Of a stretch of DNA of 64,000 bases, positions 25,061-37,068 are shown piece after piece. Each line of letters starts with the position of its first letter. Positions within the stretch are counted from its first letter, which is position 1. The translations under genes and the position numbers were made by a program. The notes beneath the pieces were generated by a model. That model did not search any database and was not told where the DNA came from. It worked only from the letters and a program-made list of their open reading frames with translations. The stretch comes from Cirrosporium novae-zelandiae (lineage: Eukaryota): contig JAPETS010000047.1 in assembly GCA_026023565.1 (NCBI GenBank), positions 62,001 through 126,000 on the forward strand, read 5' to 3'.

Positions 25061-26374
25061 ATGTCTGCAAACCTCTCTTCCCTTCCATCTGAGCTTCTCT
25101 CCGGAATTATTGCGAATATTTCTGAACAAGGACAATTAAGAACTCTTTACAGCCTAGCACTTTGCTGTCGCCGCCTAAACAGCATCGTTTTACCATATCT
25201 ATACAATTCAGTGTCCCTAGATTGTCATCTTGTTCCACATATACCGAGTTCCGGACCCCTGCGAGCATTTACGAAACTAATGTTAGAAAAACCAGAGATT
25301 GGAGCTTTGGTAAAAGAGTTACAATTGGATTGTTCTCCACGGCAGGAGGAGGAGATTTTTGATCCTGTAGAAGAAGTCTTCAAAGTAGCCATCAAAGCAT
25401 CAAGTCAGTCGGAATCCGAAGAACAGCGATGGCTATCCGCTATTCGGAAAGATGATGCGGATCCTCTCATAGCATTGCTTTTACCCGCCCTCCCCAATCT
25501 CCAGAGTCTAGGCGTAGGCGTCATCAAGGAATTAAATTTCTACTGGTCGATGATACGGCGTGCGGGTTTGGAAAATGACTCTTGCCTTCTCTCTTCTCTG
25601 TCTAAGGTTGTACATTCAGGGGATGGCGACCGCTTTTTGCATCAAATGGCCTTATATTTACATCTACCAGCAATCAAGAGGCTGTTCTTTAGCGCAGGTT
25701 ATGAGCACGATGACAACAAACTTGAAGATTTTAACCTTGATCTATCCACTCTCGCACAGTTGGAACTGTGGAATTGTCATATCAAAATCGACCAGTTGAG
25801 AAAAATTCTGCGCCCCTGTCAAGTATTGAAGAAATTTCTTTATGCGAATAACACCCTATATCATTTTCATGGCTCCGAAAGTCCTCGGTTTGAGGAAGTT
25901 GCGGATATATTAGAGGCAAATATAAATACCCTTGAAAGTTTGTGTATAGACATTCAGGATGATCACCGGCCCGGGTTCACGATGATGAGTGCTCCGTTGA
26001 CATTGAAAAGGTTCAAGGTCTTGTGGCATGTTCAATTCCCACTGGAGTTGATTTTCAATTATTGCAAAACAAACCCCGAAGTCTTCGACCAGGCACCAAG
26101 AGAAGGGATGCGCAGGGAATTAAGAGCCTCAATAGACAGACTCCCAGCTGCTCTTCAATGGCTCTGTATCACTAGCAGATATCCTTCATCTGTGGTAAGG
26201 GTATATGAATTTCTGCTGGAGAACATGGATCAGAAAATTCCGAATCTCAAGGAACTTATACTTGAGTTACCATCTAGGGATAAAAAGTCTAGTTACCATC
26301 TCACAAAATTGGAATCTTTGGCAAAAACCAAAGGTGTGAGAGTTCGTATAGTGCTTAATCTCCGAATTAATTAA
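25061..26374 (+). CDS. F-box protein with LRR-like C-terminal region
   Basis: N-terminal LSSLPSELLSGII...LALCCRRL...LY F-box pattern, then LxxLxL repeats (LPNLQSL, LESLCI, PNLKELIL). Confidence 0.8.
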   Translation: MSANLSSLPSELLSGIIANISEQGQLRTLYSLALCCRRLNSIVLPYLYNSVSLDCHLVPHIPSSGPLRAFTKLMLEKPEIGALVKELQLDCSPRQEEEIFDPVEEVFKVAIKASSQSESEEQRWLSAIRKDDADPLIALLLPALPNLQSLGVGVIKELNFYWSMIRRAGLENDSCLLSSLSKVVHSGDGDRFLHQMALYLHLPAIKRLFFSAGYEHDDNKLEDFNLDLSTLAQLELWNCHIKIDQLRKILRPCQVLKKFLYANNTLYHFHGSESPRFEEVADILEANINTLESLCIDIQDDHRPGFTMMSAPLTLKRFKVLWHVQFPLELIFNYCKTNPEVFDQAPREGMRRELRASIDRLPAALQWLCITSRYPSSVVRVYEFLLENMDQKIPNLKELILELPSRDKKSSYHLTKLESLAKTKGVRVRIVLNLRIN

Positions 26375-29300
26375 TGATAGGTAGGTAAACTTTGTTTCCC
26401 TCCAGGGTACGGATACCTCGAAAAGACGGCTAATGCTTTGATTTCCTTGATCTAGGTACTGATGGCTCATTGGGTCTTTGTCTCTATCCAACGCAACCTC
26501 CTGACGAAATCACCTTGCGAGGAAATATAAGAGCATTAATTTCGACTATCTCCATTCACACTGTTCACATTTATTGAATGAACCTGACTCGTTATATTCA
26601 AAGGAGGCACTATGGAGGGTATTGAAGCCAGATAGATAGCTATCATAACAGTTAATCATAAAGATTCAACATCTGATCCCACACAAATCCACTTGGTCCA
26701 CAACCCCGTAAAACATCGCTTGGTGATAATGAACACTCCATAGAAACGAAGAAGGCACACCACCATCCATAATCTAAATGCCTTCAACTCCCTACACTCC
26801 ATATTGACGACTACATAGTAAATCCATATCCTCCGGTACACTTTCTCAAGTTTGCCATACAAACCATATACAAAAAAACACGTCAATCATCACCAAATCC
26901 AAACCCAAAGGCACTACTAATCTTTCATAAATATCTTCAACTTCAACAATCTCCTCCTTGTAACGAAAGTTGGGGGGGATCTTCCTTGATATGTAAGTAG
27001 GAGGATTTGAGAGAGGGAGGGCTGGTGTTAAGTGTGAGTTGGCTTGTCTGATCACTTTTTTCCAGGTTCTAACTTAAGGGAGGGTGGTGGATTGCATAAC
27101 AGCAAGTCATACATATCAATCACATCCCCAGTTTTTTCTAGAAGTTTTCATTCCATGCTCTCTTCTATACATTGTCGCTACCACAACAATACCTCTCCCT
27201 CTATCCCTCCCCTCTCGGTTCATTCATATTCCATACTATAACTCTTCTTCTACCAAAACCATCGAACACTACCATCACCACTATCACCATCACAACCTCC
27301 AAACCCCAACTTTACTACCGCCACCAACCCAAACCAACAGAAACAATTTTCGAATTCAGGGATCCTTGCAAAAATTCTCCCCTTACTAGCAACATAAACG
27401 ACGACTCACGAACAGACGCAAAGCAAAGATTCTCTAAACCCAACCACGTTTTTACCTTTCCAAAGATCCAGCAACACGGTATACCTACCTTTTAATGAGA
27501 ATAGTGAAATTTTCTTCACCCCCGGCCAGGTGCCTGGTTCTGAATCTAGATGGAAAGAAGTGGAGGTTAGCTCACATCATTACACTCTTGCTCTTGTGCA
27601 TACAGATCATAACTATCTAGCTTTTCTTTTCGAATGAGAGACAAAACATCTAACTCGAACCCCTCCCCACATATCCACAGCGTCCTCCACACCCACATAC
27701 AAAATCCAAATCCAGATCTTTTTCCAAACAATCCAACCCCATCCAGTTACCCCCTCGCTTTCTTCTTGCCTCCCCTACAGCTTCCACACCATACCTCAGA
27801 TTGCCCTACTCCCACTAGCTGCTAGCAGTACAATATACAATACCCATCAATACAGAAGCTCCATCATTCTAACAAACAGATTTATACCAGAATACAAAAT
27901 AGAAACAATAGCTGCATGTGTTTTGATTATCATTCTACCGGGGTTTTTATTTCCATTATGAAAGAGAGAGTGGGAAATATGGGGGCGGGGGGTAGTAAAT
28001 GCTCGCTCACAGCTAGGGACTCTACCATTTCTATTTATCGGCTTTCCACCTTGTTTATTGCATCTCTGTTCTCGGTGCCTATGTAATCTCCCCAGGTGTG
28101 AGGTATCATTGTTATCCTTGTTATCCTCCTCGTTCTTTTCACCAAGACCACCCAAGCCCTGATCCCCACAAACTTACAGACTAGATATCCTAAAAGTAAA
28201 ACCACCAACAACCCCTCAAAGACAAATCAAATCAAATCTCTTCATCTCCAAAAACCCTGAATCCCAAACCTTTAAGTCCTTAAATAACATACATGCATAC
28301 ATACCATAGTAGAAACTCCCAGATTGAAAAAAAATAAGATCCTTCCTCTTTTTTCTCAATCGAACTAATCCAAAATCTGACTTTACGTTCTTTTGTTAGT
28401 TTTTTATTTATTTTTTTGGTATTATATATTCTCCTCTACTCTTGTCGAATTTCGAGATTAGAGGATTGTCTCTTGGGGGGCTTTTTTTCGGGAGCTCTGA
28501 TTGTGATGCGAAATTCCGGTGTGTGTGTGTATAGAGAAATAAAAGATCCTTCATTCCTTTCCCTTCCACTTCATCTTTCATTACCAACTATTACTATCAC
28601 TTTCCAAGCATGCTGTTTCCCATACCATCATCTATCTCCTCCAAGTATACTTACCACCTCCTCCCCCTCGCCCAAAAAATCCCAAATCCCAAATCCCAAA
28701 GCACAAAGTCTCAACTAACCCATCACTTATTAACCTATCCACCTAGGTACTGTATAATACATAATCGTAACCGTAAATCTTAAACCCCTAACCACAGAAC
28801 CATGTGCCATAGTAGCAAGACTAGATATAGCCAATCCATACTCATTCGTAATAAGTGACGAAATAATAAGAATGAGTAGTGATGATTTCCCATCCATCTA
28901 CGAAAATTTGACCTTGGGATTTTAGAGTAGACGTCTACTGTTCTACTGTGAGGTTTTTGTGTACATCTACCTCATACGAAGTAAGGATTCACCTCCACAC
29001 TTGGTAGAATAACTAGAAAGGAAGGGGTCTGGGGGGATTGAAGCCTAGCTAGATAGACAGAGAGATGAATCATGAATATGGACTGGCATTTACGGATCCC
29101 CCCCATACATGAATGTCCAGCACCAGTGAATCGCATCCAGTGGTGAATACCTAAAACCCATGACCATGAAATCCGAGTCCAAGTAAATATCCCCAACCCC
29201 CACACCCACATACCCACATACCCACAATACATACCAATGAACCAATCTACTTCCCCAGTATCCCAAACCCCCCATACCAGAAAGGAAATCAATAGAAGTG

Positions 29301-30422
29301 AATTGAATTGAATTGAATTGATTGTTTAGTATCTACCCCTTAATCGAACTCCTTTCTCTTTTCTTTCTGTTTGACAATAGCAAACAAACAAAAGATACAT
29401 AAATCAATATAAATTAAATAGATAGATGCTTAGGTACTTAGATATGCTTATAATACCAACGCAACGGGTGGTCCATCCTTTCATATTCATATTGTGGGAG
29501 AGTAACTAGGTAGTTGTGCATCAGGGAGATGGTTAATTCGGAAAGATTCACTAAAGCTGAAGGGTTGTTGCATGTGCATATTACCCTCAACGGCATACAG
29601 TAACCCCGTGAGAGGAGAGGAGAGGGCTTCTCCATACAAATATATATGGGAACCTCCTCCCCTCTCACTCACCCCTGCTCATTCATAGGAGATAACTTGA
29701 CTTGTTTTTACTTGCCTTCTTACATAGATAGATATAGAGAATTCCATGACCACTCTTTTGTATATACATTAGTCAATTCCCCTCTATTAGAATACTAGCC
29801 TATCCTTCTTTCCTGGGTTATACGGAATCAAACCTCTACTACAATATATAAAAAAGAATACTTCCATGTCTTGATTGAGGGACAATAGTTATATGTCCTA
29901 TACATTTTTGAAACGCAGGTTCTCAAGAATGTGAATAGTAAGGCAGTTCTATTGTTCTGTGGGGGGTGGTGGTGGTAAGCTGAGCTGGGTGTTTGCTCAA
30001 TGAGAGGAACAATAGCAGTGGGTGGGTGGGTAGTTCCACCATCACGTATATTCACTACAACACGAATTAGTCTATAGACAATAGCAACCACTCCAAACGG
30101 AAAACTCCATCGTTGCCTAACGGGGAGGCCTCCCCCACACATTATAAATAAATTTCTTTTCTCCCAACTCCTCCATCTTTCTTTTTTCTTTTTTTTCCTT
30201 CTTCAAGCTAAACCGCAACAACAACTTGAGATCACCTAGTCTACTTTTCCTTAAGATATAAGAACCTTGGTTCAAGTATCTTAATAGAATAACTGGCGAT
30301 TCAGTCTTAAGTTTACCAGCGAAGGAAGCTTACTGCCCTTACTCTTTCTTTCTTGAGATACCATCCATTCCGTGTACCGGAACTTTTTGTTGTCAACACC
30401 AGTGAGGTAAACAACAAGCAAG

Positions 30423-33242
30423 ATGGCCCTCTTTGTCGTGCTCTGCTTCTTGGAGTTCTGGAACTCCTTGGGGGAGGCATACCCAGAGGCAGCCATCGAG
30501 CTGCTAGTTGCCTACGCTGAGAAGGTTAGTTTTCCTCACCTCACTTCCCTTACCTCACCTCACCTCACTTCCCTCACTTCACCTCACTTCCTTCACCTCA
30601 CTTCCTTCACCTCACTTCCTTACCACACTTCCTTACCACACTTCCTTACCCACTTTCACATTGCATCATCATTAGGACACCTCCAAGCTAACTCTTGACA
30701 TTAGTTCCTGTCGTTGGACCACCCCATCGGCTTCTATGGCAGCCAGGCCCTTTTCCTGGTAGTATTAGTACTGGCACTATACTACTGGGGCCTGTCATAT
30801 GAATGCTCCGATGACGCAGGTGAGTCAACGGGTGAAGGTGGTATAATAGGAGAAGAGAAGGTCGTGGAGGAGAGTGCTGTGGGGGAGGAGGTGGCCGTGG
30901 AAGGAGGCTCTTCTGAGGGCGCCAGTGAGACCAAGGGGAAGTCATCTGACGAACCCGAGTCAATGGCCTCCGAGGAAGAGTTCATCCAGGAGGAACTTTT
31001 GCAGGTGGAGCTAGCTGTTCAAGTCGATCCATTGTGGCAATTCGTTCAGAATTCCACAAGAGGCGAGGACAGTAACGAGTTCGCACGTTCTGTCCAGTTC
31101 GATTACGCCTGGATCGATGCAGAACTAGCCGAATTGGCTGCTGGGGTTGGTTCCAACGCCCCAAAGCGGTCAAGGAAGCGGCTAGCACTTTCCCGCAGAG
31201 TCCGACGACGGCAGGGACAGGAGGAGAGGAAGACCGAGCCTGAAGCTCAGGGTGAAGACCTCGTAGAGGTGGGATCCCAAGCCAAGCTACGGGAGGAGGG
31301 GAAGAAGACCGAGCTTGAAGCTCAGGGTGAAGACCTCATAGAGGTGGGATCCCAAGCCAAGCAGCGGGATGAGGCAGGGGAGACCGAGCTTGAAGCTCAG
31401 GATGAAGACCTCAAAGAGGTCCTATTCCAAGCCAAGCGGCGGGAGGAGAGCTTGGGGGAGAAAATGAAGGAGAGGGAGGAGGAACTGAAGGAGAGGGGGG
31501 AGGAGCTGCTGGCAAAGGGCGAGGAGTTGACCAAGAAAGAGGACTTGATCCTATCACTGCAAGGGGAACTGCGCAGTCAAGAGGCTTCTTTCAAGGAACA
31601 GACCGATCGAACCGCCACAGAGGAGGCCAGCTTGCGAGATGAACTGAGTGCAGAGCTTAGGGCCAAGGGCGAAGAGTTGCTCGAGAGAGATCAGTTGGTC
31701 CAGGAACTCCGCGACCAACTGATGTCTCTCAAAGAGACAACAGATCGCCAAGCCGAGCACCAAGCATCCCAAGCATGGGAGGTGGAAAGACTCAAGGCCG
31801 ATCATGACATCTTCCGGCGGACCGTCCAAGAGAAGGACGGGAAGTTGCGTGATCAGAGCCAAGAGCTAGAGGCCTCAAAGGCAGCGTTGGAGGGGGAAAA
31901 GTCACAGTGTGCCGAGGCGTTGGCCACTAATATCGGACTGGAGATGGAAATGGGGGTGCTGAGAGAGGAAGTCGAGAGGCTGAAGAACGGCGTCCTGGTA
32001 CCAGACGCCACCGACTATGAATCCCAGATGAGCAAGATGCTAGTTGATCATCAACGGCAGCTCGAGGAATTCAAGTCGGCAGCGGATCGACAACTCCAGC
32101 ACGAGGTGAGCCTCCGAGACGATCTTGTCAGAGCCAAGGAGCAGCAGATCACGAAAGAGGCAAACCAATGGTGGACAGCTCGGACCCAAGATGTGAACAG
32201 AATGCTCCATCAAGCCAGAGAGGAGGTGAGCAATCTCAAGACCCTTCTGGATCAAGAGAAGAGGAAGCCGGCCGCTCCTCAGCCAGCCACTCCTCCAAAG
32301 GCAGTTCCCATGGCCCAAAGCTGCACCAACTGTGTCAGGCAGAAGCAGGCCAAAGACACAGCCATCAATGCGGCACTCGAGTGCCAGAAGCGCCTTACAA
32401 TGGCAACCCAGGCAAAGCTCGATGTCGAGAAGGAAAAGGAAGCAATGGCAATCTCCTCTCGAAATCTCGAGGGGGAGATCCAATTCCTTAACCGCAAGGC
32501 TCAGGAGAACTACGAGGCACGACTGTCAGATGAAGTGAGATTTCACCAAGGAACGGCCAAATTCCTTGAGCTTTGGAACAAGACAAAGCAAGAGACAGTC
32601 GTCGGGCCAGTTCGAATGAGAAAGCGGAAGACGGGGCGAGTAGAGCCCACACTCACTGAACAAGGAACCAACGTACCACCAGAAGAGCGAGATCTGGAGC
32701 AGGAAGAGCACGAAGACCAAGTGACGGGGGACGCCCCAGAAACTTCGTCCAAGAAAATGTGCGACAAGACGGAAACTCTTTCCATGCCAGCAGTCGCACA
32801 GCTCTTCCAATTCCAAGATCAGCTCAAGTACCGACCACCCATGACTAATGACTATCTTCACAACAGTCCAAGAACCATTTTGGACTGGAACAACCACCTG
32901 AACAAGCACCTGGACAGACTCAAGCAAGACCGTGCTCATGCCACCCTCAGACCGGGATACTACTCGGTCGACCTCCAGCAAGCTGAGAGGTTGAGCATGA
33001 TCCTGGCATCGATCCTTCAAGCCTGGGAGAGAGAAGCAATCGGCAGGCCGATGTTTACTCGAAATCCCCAGAATAAGGCCAGGGTCATCGCTGAGGCAAG
33101 AGCATGGTTGAACGTCCTGGAGCCTCTGTTCAGGGAGTACGTGAATGATAGTTACCAAACCGTCGAACGGAAGAAGACGATCGACGAGATGAGAAACGCT
33201 ATGACCTGCGCTCGTCTTCTGATCGAAAAGCAACTCGAGTAA
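30423..33242 (+). CDS. hypothetical ~879-aa membrane-anchored coiled-coil protein
   Basis: Exon 30423-30524 joins exon 30705-33242 in frame (GTTAGT...GCTAAC...TAG). Hydrophobic segments near the N-terminus, a long E/K/Q/L heptad region, and basic clusters. Confidence 0.72.
31230..31447 (+). repeat. coding 75-bp (25-aa) tandem repeat, ~3 copies
   Basis: KTEPEAQGEDLVEVGSQAKLREEGK / KTELEAQGEDLIEVGSQAKQRDEAG / ETELEAQDEDLKEVLFQAKRREES. Confidence 0.9.
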
Positions 33243-33333
33243 ACCTCTCATAGAGAGGAGCTCATTCTAGTCTTCTTCCGTTCGATGTTGGGTGCTTCCT
33301 TGGTGAGATTGATTGAGAAGTTGAGTGATCGAG

Positions 33334-33376
<43 letters not shown>

Positions 33377-33393
33377 GATGATGATGATGATGA
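33334..33393. repeat. (GAT)n microsatellite
   Basis: About 19-20 units with one GAA interruption. Confidence 0.95.
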
Positions 33394-33452
33394 GTAGTTG
33401 TGATGCAGTGATGATTTTTTTTTCAATGCCGGCGTGCATTCTTTAGATAGTT

Positions 33453-33687
33453 ATGCGAGTCCTCTTGTTTTTCTATTGCCCTAATATACTTATGACCAGT
33501 CATAAGTATAGAGGGGATTGCGGTCCACAGTCCTCACTTCAGTTATGGGGACCATCGACGTAGCGAGCTAAGTCTCGCTTGCTTCTGCAGGCTTGAGGCT
33601 GGGCACCTTCGTTGCATGGTCTTCGTAACATGGGGTGGTTCTCTGGGCGCAATCCCCTCACCTTTCAATAGAACAGAGGCTCGTCTC
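33453..33687. other. nested fold-back element flanked by a 9-bp direct repeat (MITE-like or structured 3' UTR RNA)
   Basis: TAGATAGTT at 33444-33452 and 33688-33696. Imperfect terminal inverted repeats, plus perfect 12-bp stems 33485-33496/33499-33510 and 33511-33522/33648-33659. Confidence 0.55.
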
Positions 33688-34872
33688 TAGATAGTTTGTT
33701 GGTTTAAAAATAAAAAACCTCAAAAAGCCATCTTGGTTCCTGTTCTTCTTCTTCTTGGCTGTAGGGGACTTCCATTATCTTTGACAGAATAGTGAGATGG
33801 AACTTGATGTGGTAAAAAGTGGATGCCTGCCATAAGGTATAGACCATCACCAAACATCTACCCACTGATACCCCATACTTTTAATACCATCTCTTACTAT
33901 AAGATGCTGTCTTGATTAGCTTTTGATGTACAGTACATGTACCACCCTCAACATGCCCCTATAAAATGAAGTTAAGTGGTAGTTTAGTTAAGATTAAACT
34001 ACAGGAGTTTGCACTGTTTGTTCAACCAACATGTTCAGAAATAAGGTTTCGGGTTTACATGGATGGTGGTAGTCTAACTCTACTAAATTAAAGATAGGTA
34101 GTCCAGGAGGATATTATTACCTAGGTGTATAATAATATGGATGGATGGGAGAAACGTGCGTGGTAGGTAGGGTAGGTAGGGTAGGTACATGTACAGTTAC
34201 GTTAACCCACCAAAGTTTTTCCCAGCAAGCAAGCCGACTTAATTTAGGGGAGATGGGGGGAATGGTAGGTACGTTGGGTTGGGCTTATGTGGGTGGTTGT
34301 TGGTAGGATGTGGCTTGGGCGGTTGAATGTTTGGGTGTTTGGGTAGGGAGAAGGGAAGGGAAAGGAATTGAGCTTAGGTGGTTGGTTGTTTGTTGCTTCG
34401 ATGTTTGAATATATGTGTATAGTAGCGGGAAGGGACGAAAGTTGAGTAGTATGAGGACTAGTGTGGGATATGGGATGTGAGATTGGATTGGACAATATTA
34501 TAAATGTCTTTGATCAAGAACAAGTTGGTATGGCATGAAAAGCATGTCCTAGCCAGCTTACTATTTAAGTAAAACTAATTAACATAACACAACAGACAAA
34601 GCACGCTTCGATTTCCAAGCAAAAGCTTATCTGGGTAGATTTAATTTCATATAATATGCAAAGGTCCTGCTGCCCCTAACATCCATCGGACGTGGCTTAA
34701 AGAGAGACTAGGGCACAATAGTTATGCTTGAAACACACATCCCACCGACCTGATCTAGCAACTCGCTCGCTCGCCCCCATGATCCATCCAAATATCGATC
34801 TCACTTCCCCCCACCTTGTAAAGATTCATGCAGGATTGTCAAGATCTCTTTCTGAGTACGTACTAGTCTCGC

Positions 34873-35410
34873 TCAAGAGATTCTACCATCCACCTTGGGC
34901 TCAGGGGCGCGGTTGTTAATGTGGTTATGGTTATCTCGTTGGTTAATGTGGTTATGATTATCTCGTTGGTTCATGTGGGAATGGTCTGCCGGATCACGTT
35001 GATTGACAGAGCGGCCATGTTGAGGTTCGGGCAGGACATCTCGCTGGACAATGTGGTTTCCGTGGTCAGTAGGGTCTCGTGGAGCTACGTGTGGATGATC
35101 TTGTTGAGCGATGGCGGTCCTTTTGTTAACGGAAGCCACTTTGGCTTCTGGGTCTCGCTCTGGAAAGGATTTAGCATTTAGTATTTAGTATTTGGTTATC
35201 AATTGAGGTGAAGATTATGAGTTCCGAGTTTAAGGAAAAGAGTAAGAAAAAATACATACTCTCTTTTCCGTCCACACGAGGTTGATGCATTCCCCTCTCC
35301 TCATGAAGATTGCCTCTTTGAAGTAAACCAGGTTGCTGTGGGTTGGTAATGGGAGTAGCAACGACGGCGGCCGTAAAGGCAAAGACTGTCAACACTTGAA
35401 AGATCTTCAT
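34873..35410 (-). CDS. secreted His-rich repeat precursor (KEP-like, 145 aa, 2 exons)
   Basis: Exons 35410-35260 and 35159-34873 with a GTATGT...GCTAAA...CAG intron; the splice creates a KR site. Signal peptide, then short units ending in KR/QR/PR/NR. Confidence 0.8.
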
Positions 35411-36110
35411 GATGACTCTTGATTTGCTATGGAATACTGGCTTGAGCTGGATAGTGTGGGATAACGATTGTGAGAATGATACTGTACTTGCTGATTTGCC
35501 ATTAGGTGCGAACTTGGCATCTTATATAGTTTTTGTTATAGTCGGGGACTGCGAATATCATCAATGTCGTTCTCAATATTTTGGACCCGAATCAATAGTG
35601 CACAGGTGGTCCATTTCGTGCATATATGATGGCGTTCTGGCCTTAGTTATAAAGCCTAGAATCTTCTTGCCATAACCACCACCCTCTCTAGGTTTCAACG
35701 ACGGAGAGCCAATAAATGAACGGCTAAATAACCATAACAGTCCCGTTCGAGAATATTTGTTTCAGATGGTCAATATATTCGTTCTCGAGATGGCGTCCAC
35801 ACAGCTGTAGAGGATAATATCTCTTCTCTAGCTCCATTTGGTGATATTAAATGCAGTACAAATGGGATGGTCACGGTCAACTTCGGAGCTGAGAGGAGCT
35901 GCATGTTCATATTTTTCATTCATCTCGAGTATGAGATTCCGAACGCACCTCAGTACCTTAGACTTTAGATAACAGGTTTCAAAAGGCGATAAAATTTACC
36001 AATTTGGGTTCAAATGAATTTACATGAATTCTGACAATGCTTACGAACAGATGTTGAATCTAGCATACCACACAAGGCTGAACCTGGAGGGATGCTTAGG
36101 CGAATCTTTC

Positions 36111-36170
36111 GGCGTCTCTCGGCGTCTCTCGGCGTCTCTCGGCGTCTCTCGGCGTCTCTCGGCGCCTCTT
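36111..36170. repeat. 10-bp tandem repeat (ggcgtctctc) x5 plus 1 variant
   Basis: Read directly from the sequence. Confidence 0.9.
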
Positions 36171-37068
36171 GGCCCCCTTGGCCTTTTATTCCAAGATACT
36201 TAAGCCTTAGGCCTTTCAGCCCTTCCCGCTGAGATCTCTACTCTTAAATGCCCCACAATGCCCACCCATGGCCGACAATTCAACAATTCAACCGCATTAT
36301 ACAAAAGTATCCCTCACCACCAAACATATTCATCGAATATATTTCATACTTTCTAATTAGACATTTTGGAAATGATGGGTTCTCGTCCCTTGGCTACATA
36401 GTTTGGGACTATGGTATTTCTTCCTACTTTAACTTTCACTCTAACTAGAGTCTTCTCTTTAGGTTACTACTGACTGGACCTAAATTTCCACCTCTGAAAT
36501 TTAGATATTTCGAGTTATCCTCTTATATTGGGCCAGAGCATTGCTACCAAGAAATAATGTTGACTAGTGGGAGGTACTGTACTCGAGTACAATAAGACCT
36601 AATAATACCTCGTTTGATTGCTGACCCGATGACCATCCTCCAGGCCTGCCATGCTCCCATCAAAGCTGAGGTACCAGAGATCAGACCGAGATATTATCCG
36701 AATGTGATATTATCTGTGCTACTCGAGTACTACCGATGAATCCTTTCGGCACAATGCAGCAACCTCACAAGCTTTGTCTTCCCGCCTTTGGTCACTTGGC
36801 TGACAAGTTACTGGATCCGGTTCAAACGGTGCCAAAGAACAAAGGATTTCAAAGTTCATTAAGGTTGCATCCCCGCAAATCGTTGGTCATTGGCGCCATT
36901 GCCATATGCGGGGAATCAGGATCAGCATAGATACATGTAACGTTATGCTGTAAGGTGTGTAGCACTGCAAGTGCCGTCTCGATTAAATAAACACCGGGTA
37001 TTCCCCTATTTCCTCGATACTCTTCTCATCTCTCTTTGTTTGAGTAACGACAATTATCATCTACTACC

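Noticed and set aside
26500..30150. Numerous 60-107 aa ORFs
   Set aside because: Low-complexity sequence, mostly non-ATG starts, no motifs or consistent exon chain.
33248..33439. Poly-Ile ORF
   Set aside because: Translation of the (GAT)n microsatellite.
33453..33687. HDV-like or hammerhead ribozyme (TCCTCAC, GGCTGGGCA and CTGAAG words present)
   Set aside because: I could not build the required P1-P4 pseudoknot or a CUGANGA/GAAA core by eye.
22400..34000. Starship or other giant transposon associated with the 5S gene
   Set aside because: The 5S copy is intact, and no tyrosine-recombinase captain or boundary repeats were found.
3168..36170. Short tandem arrays at 3168-3229 and 36111-36170 as CRISPR-like or telomeric repeats
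   Set aside because: Head-to-tail minisatellites with no spacers, not TTAGGG arrays, in a eukaryotic context.
33700..37000. Dikaritin/RiPP cluster around the repeat precursor
   Set aside because: No DUF3328/UstYa-type oxidase or other tailoring gene is visible nearby, and the cores lack aromatic residues.
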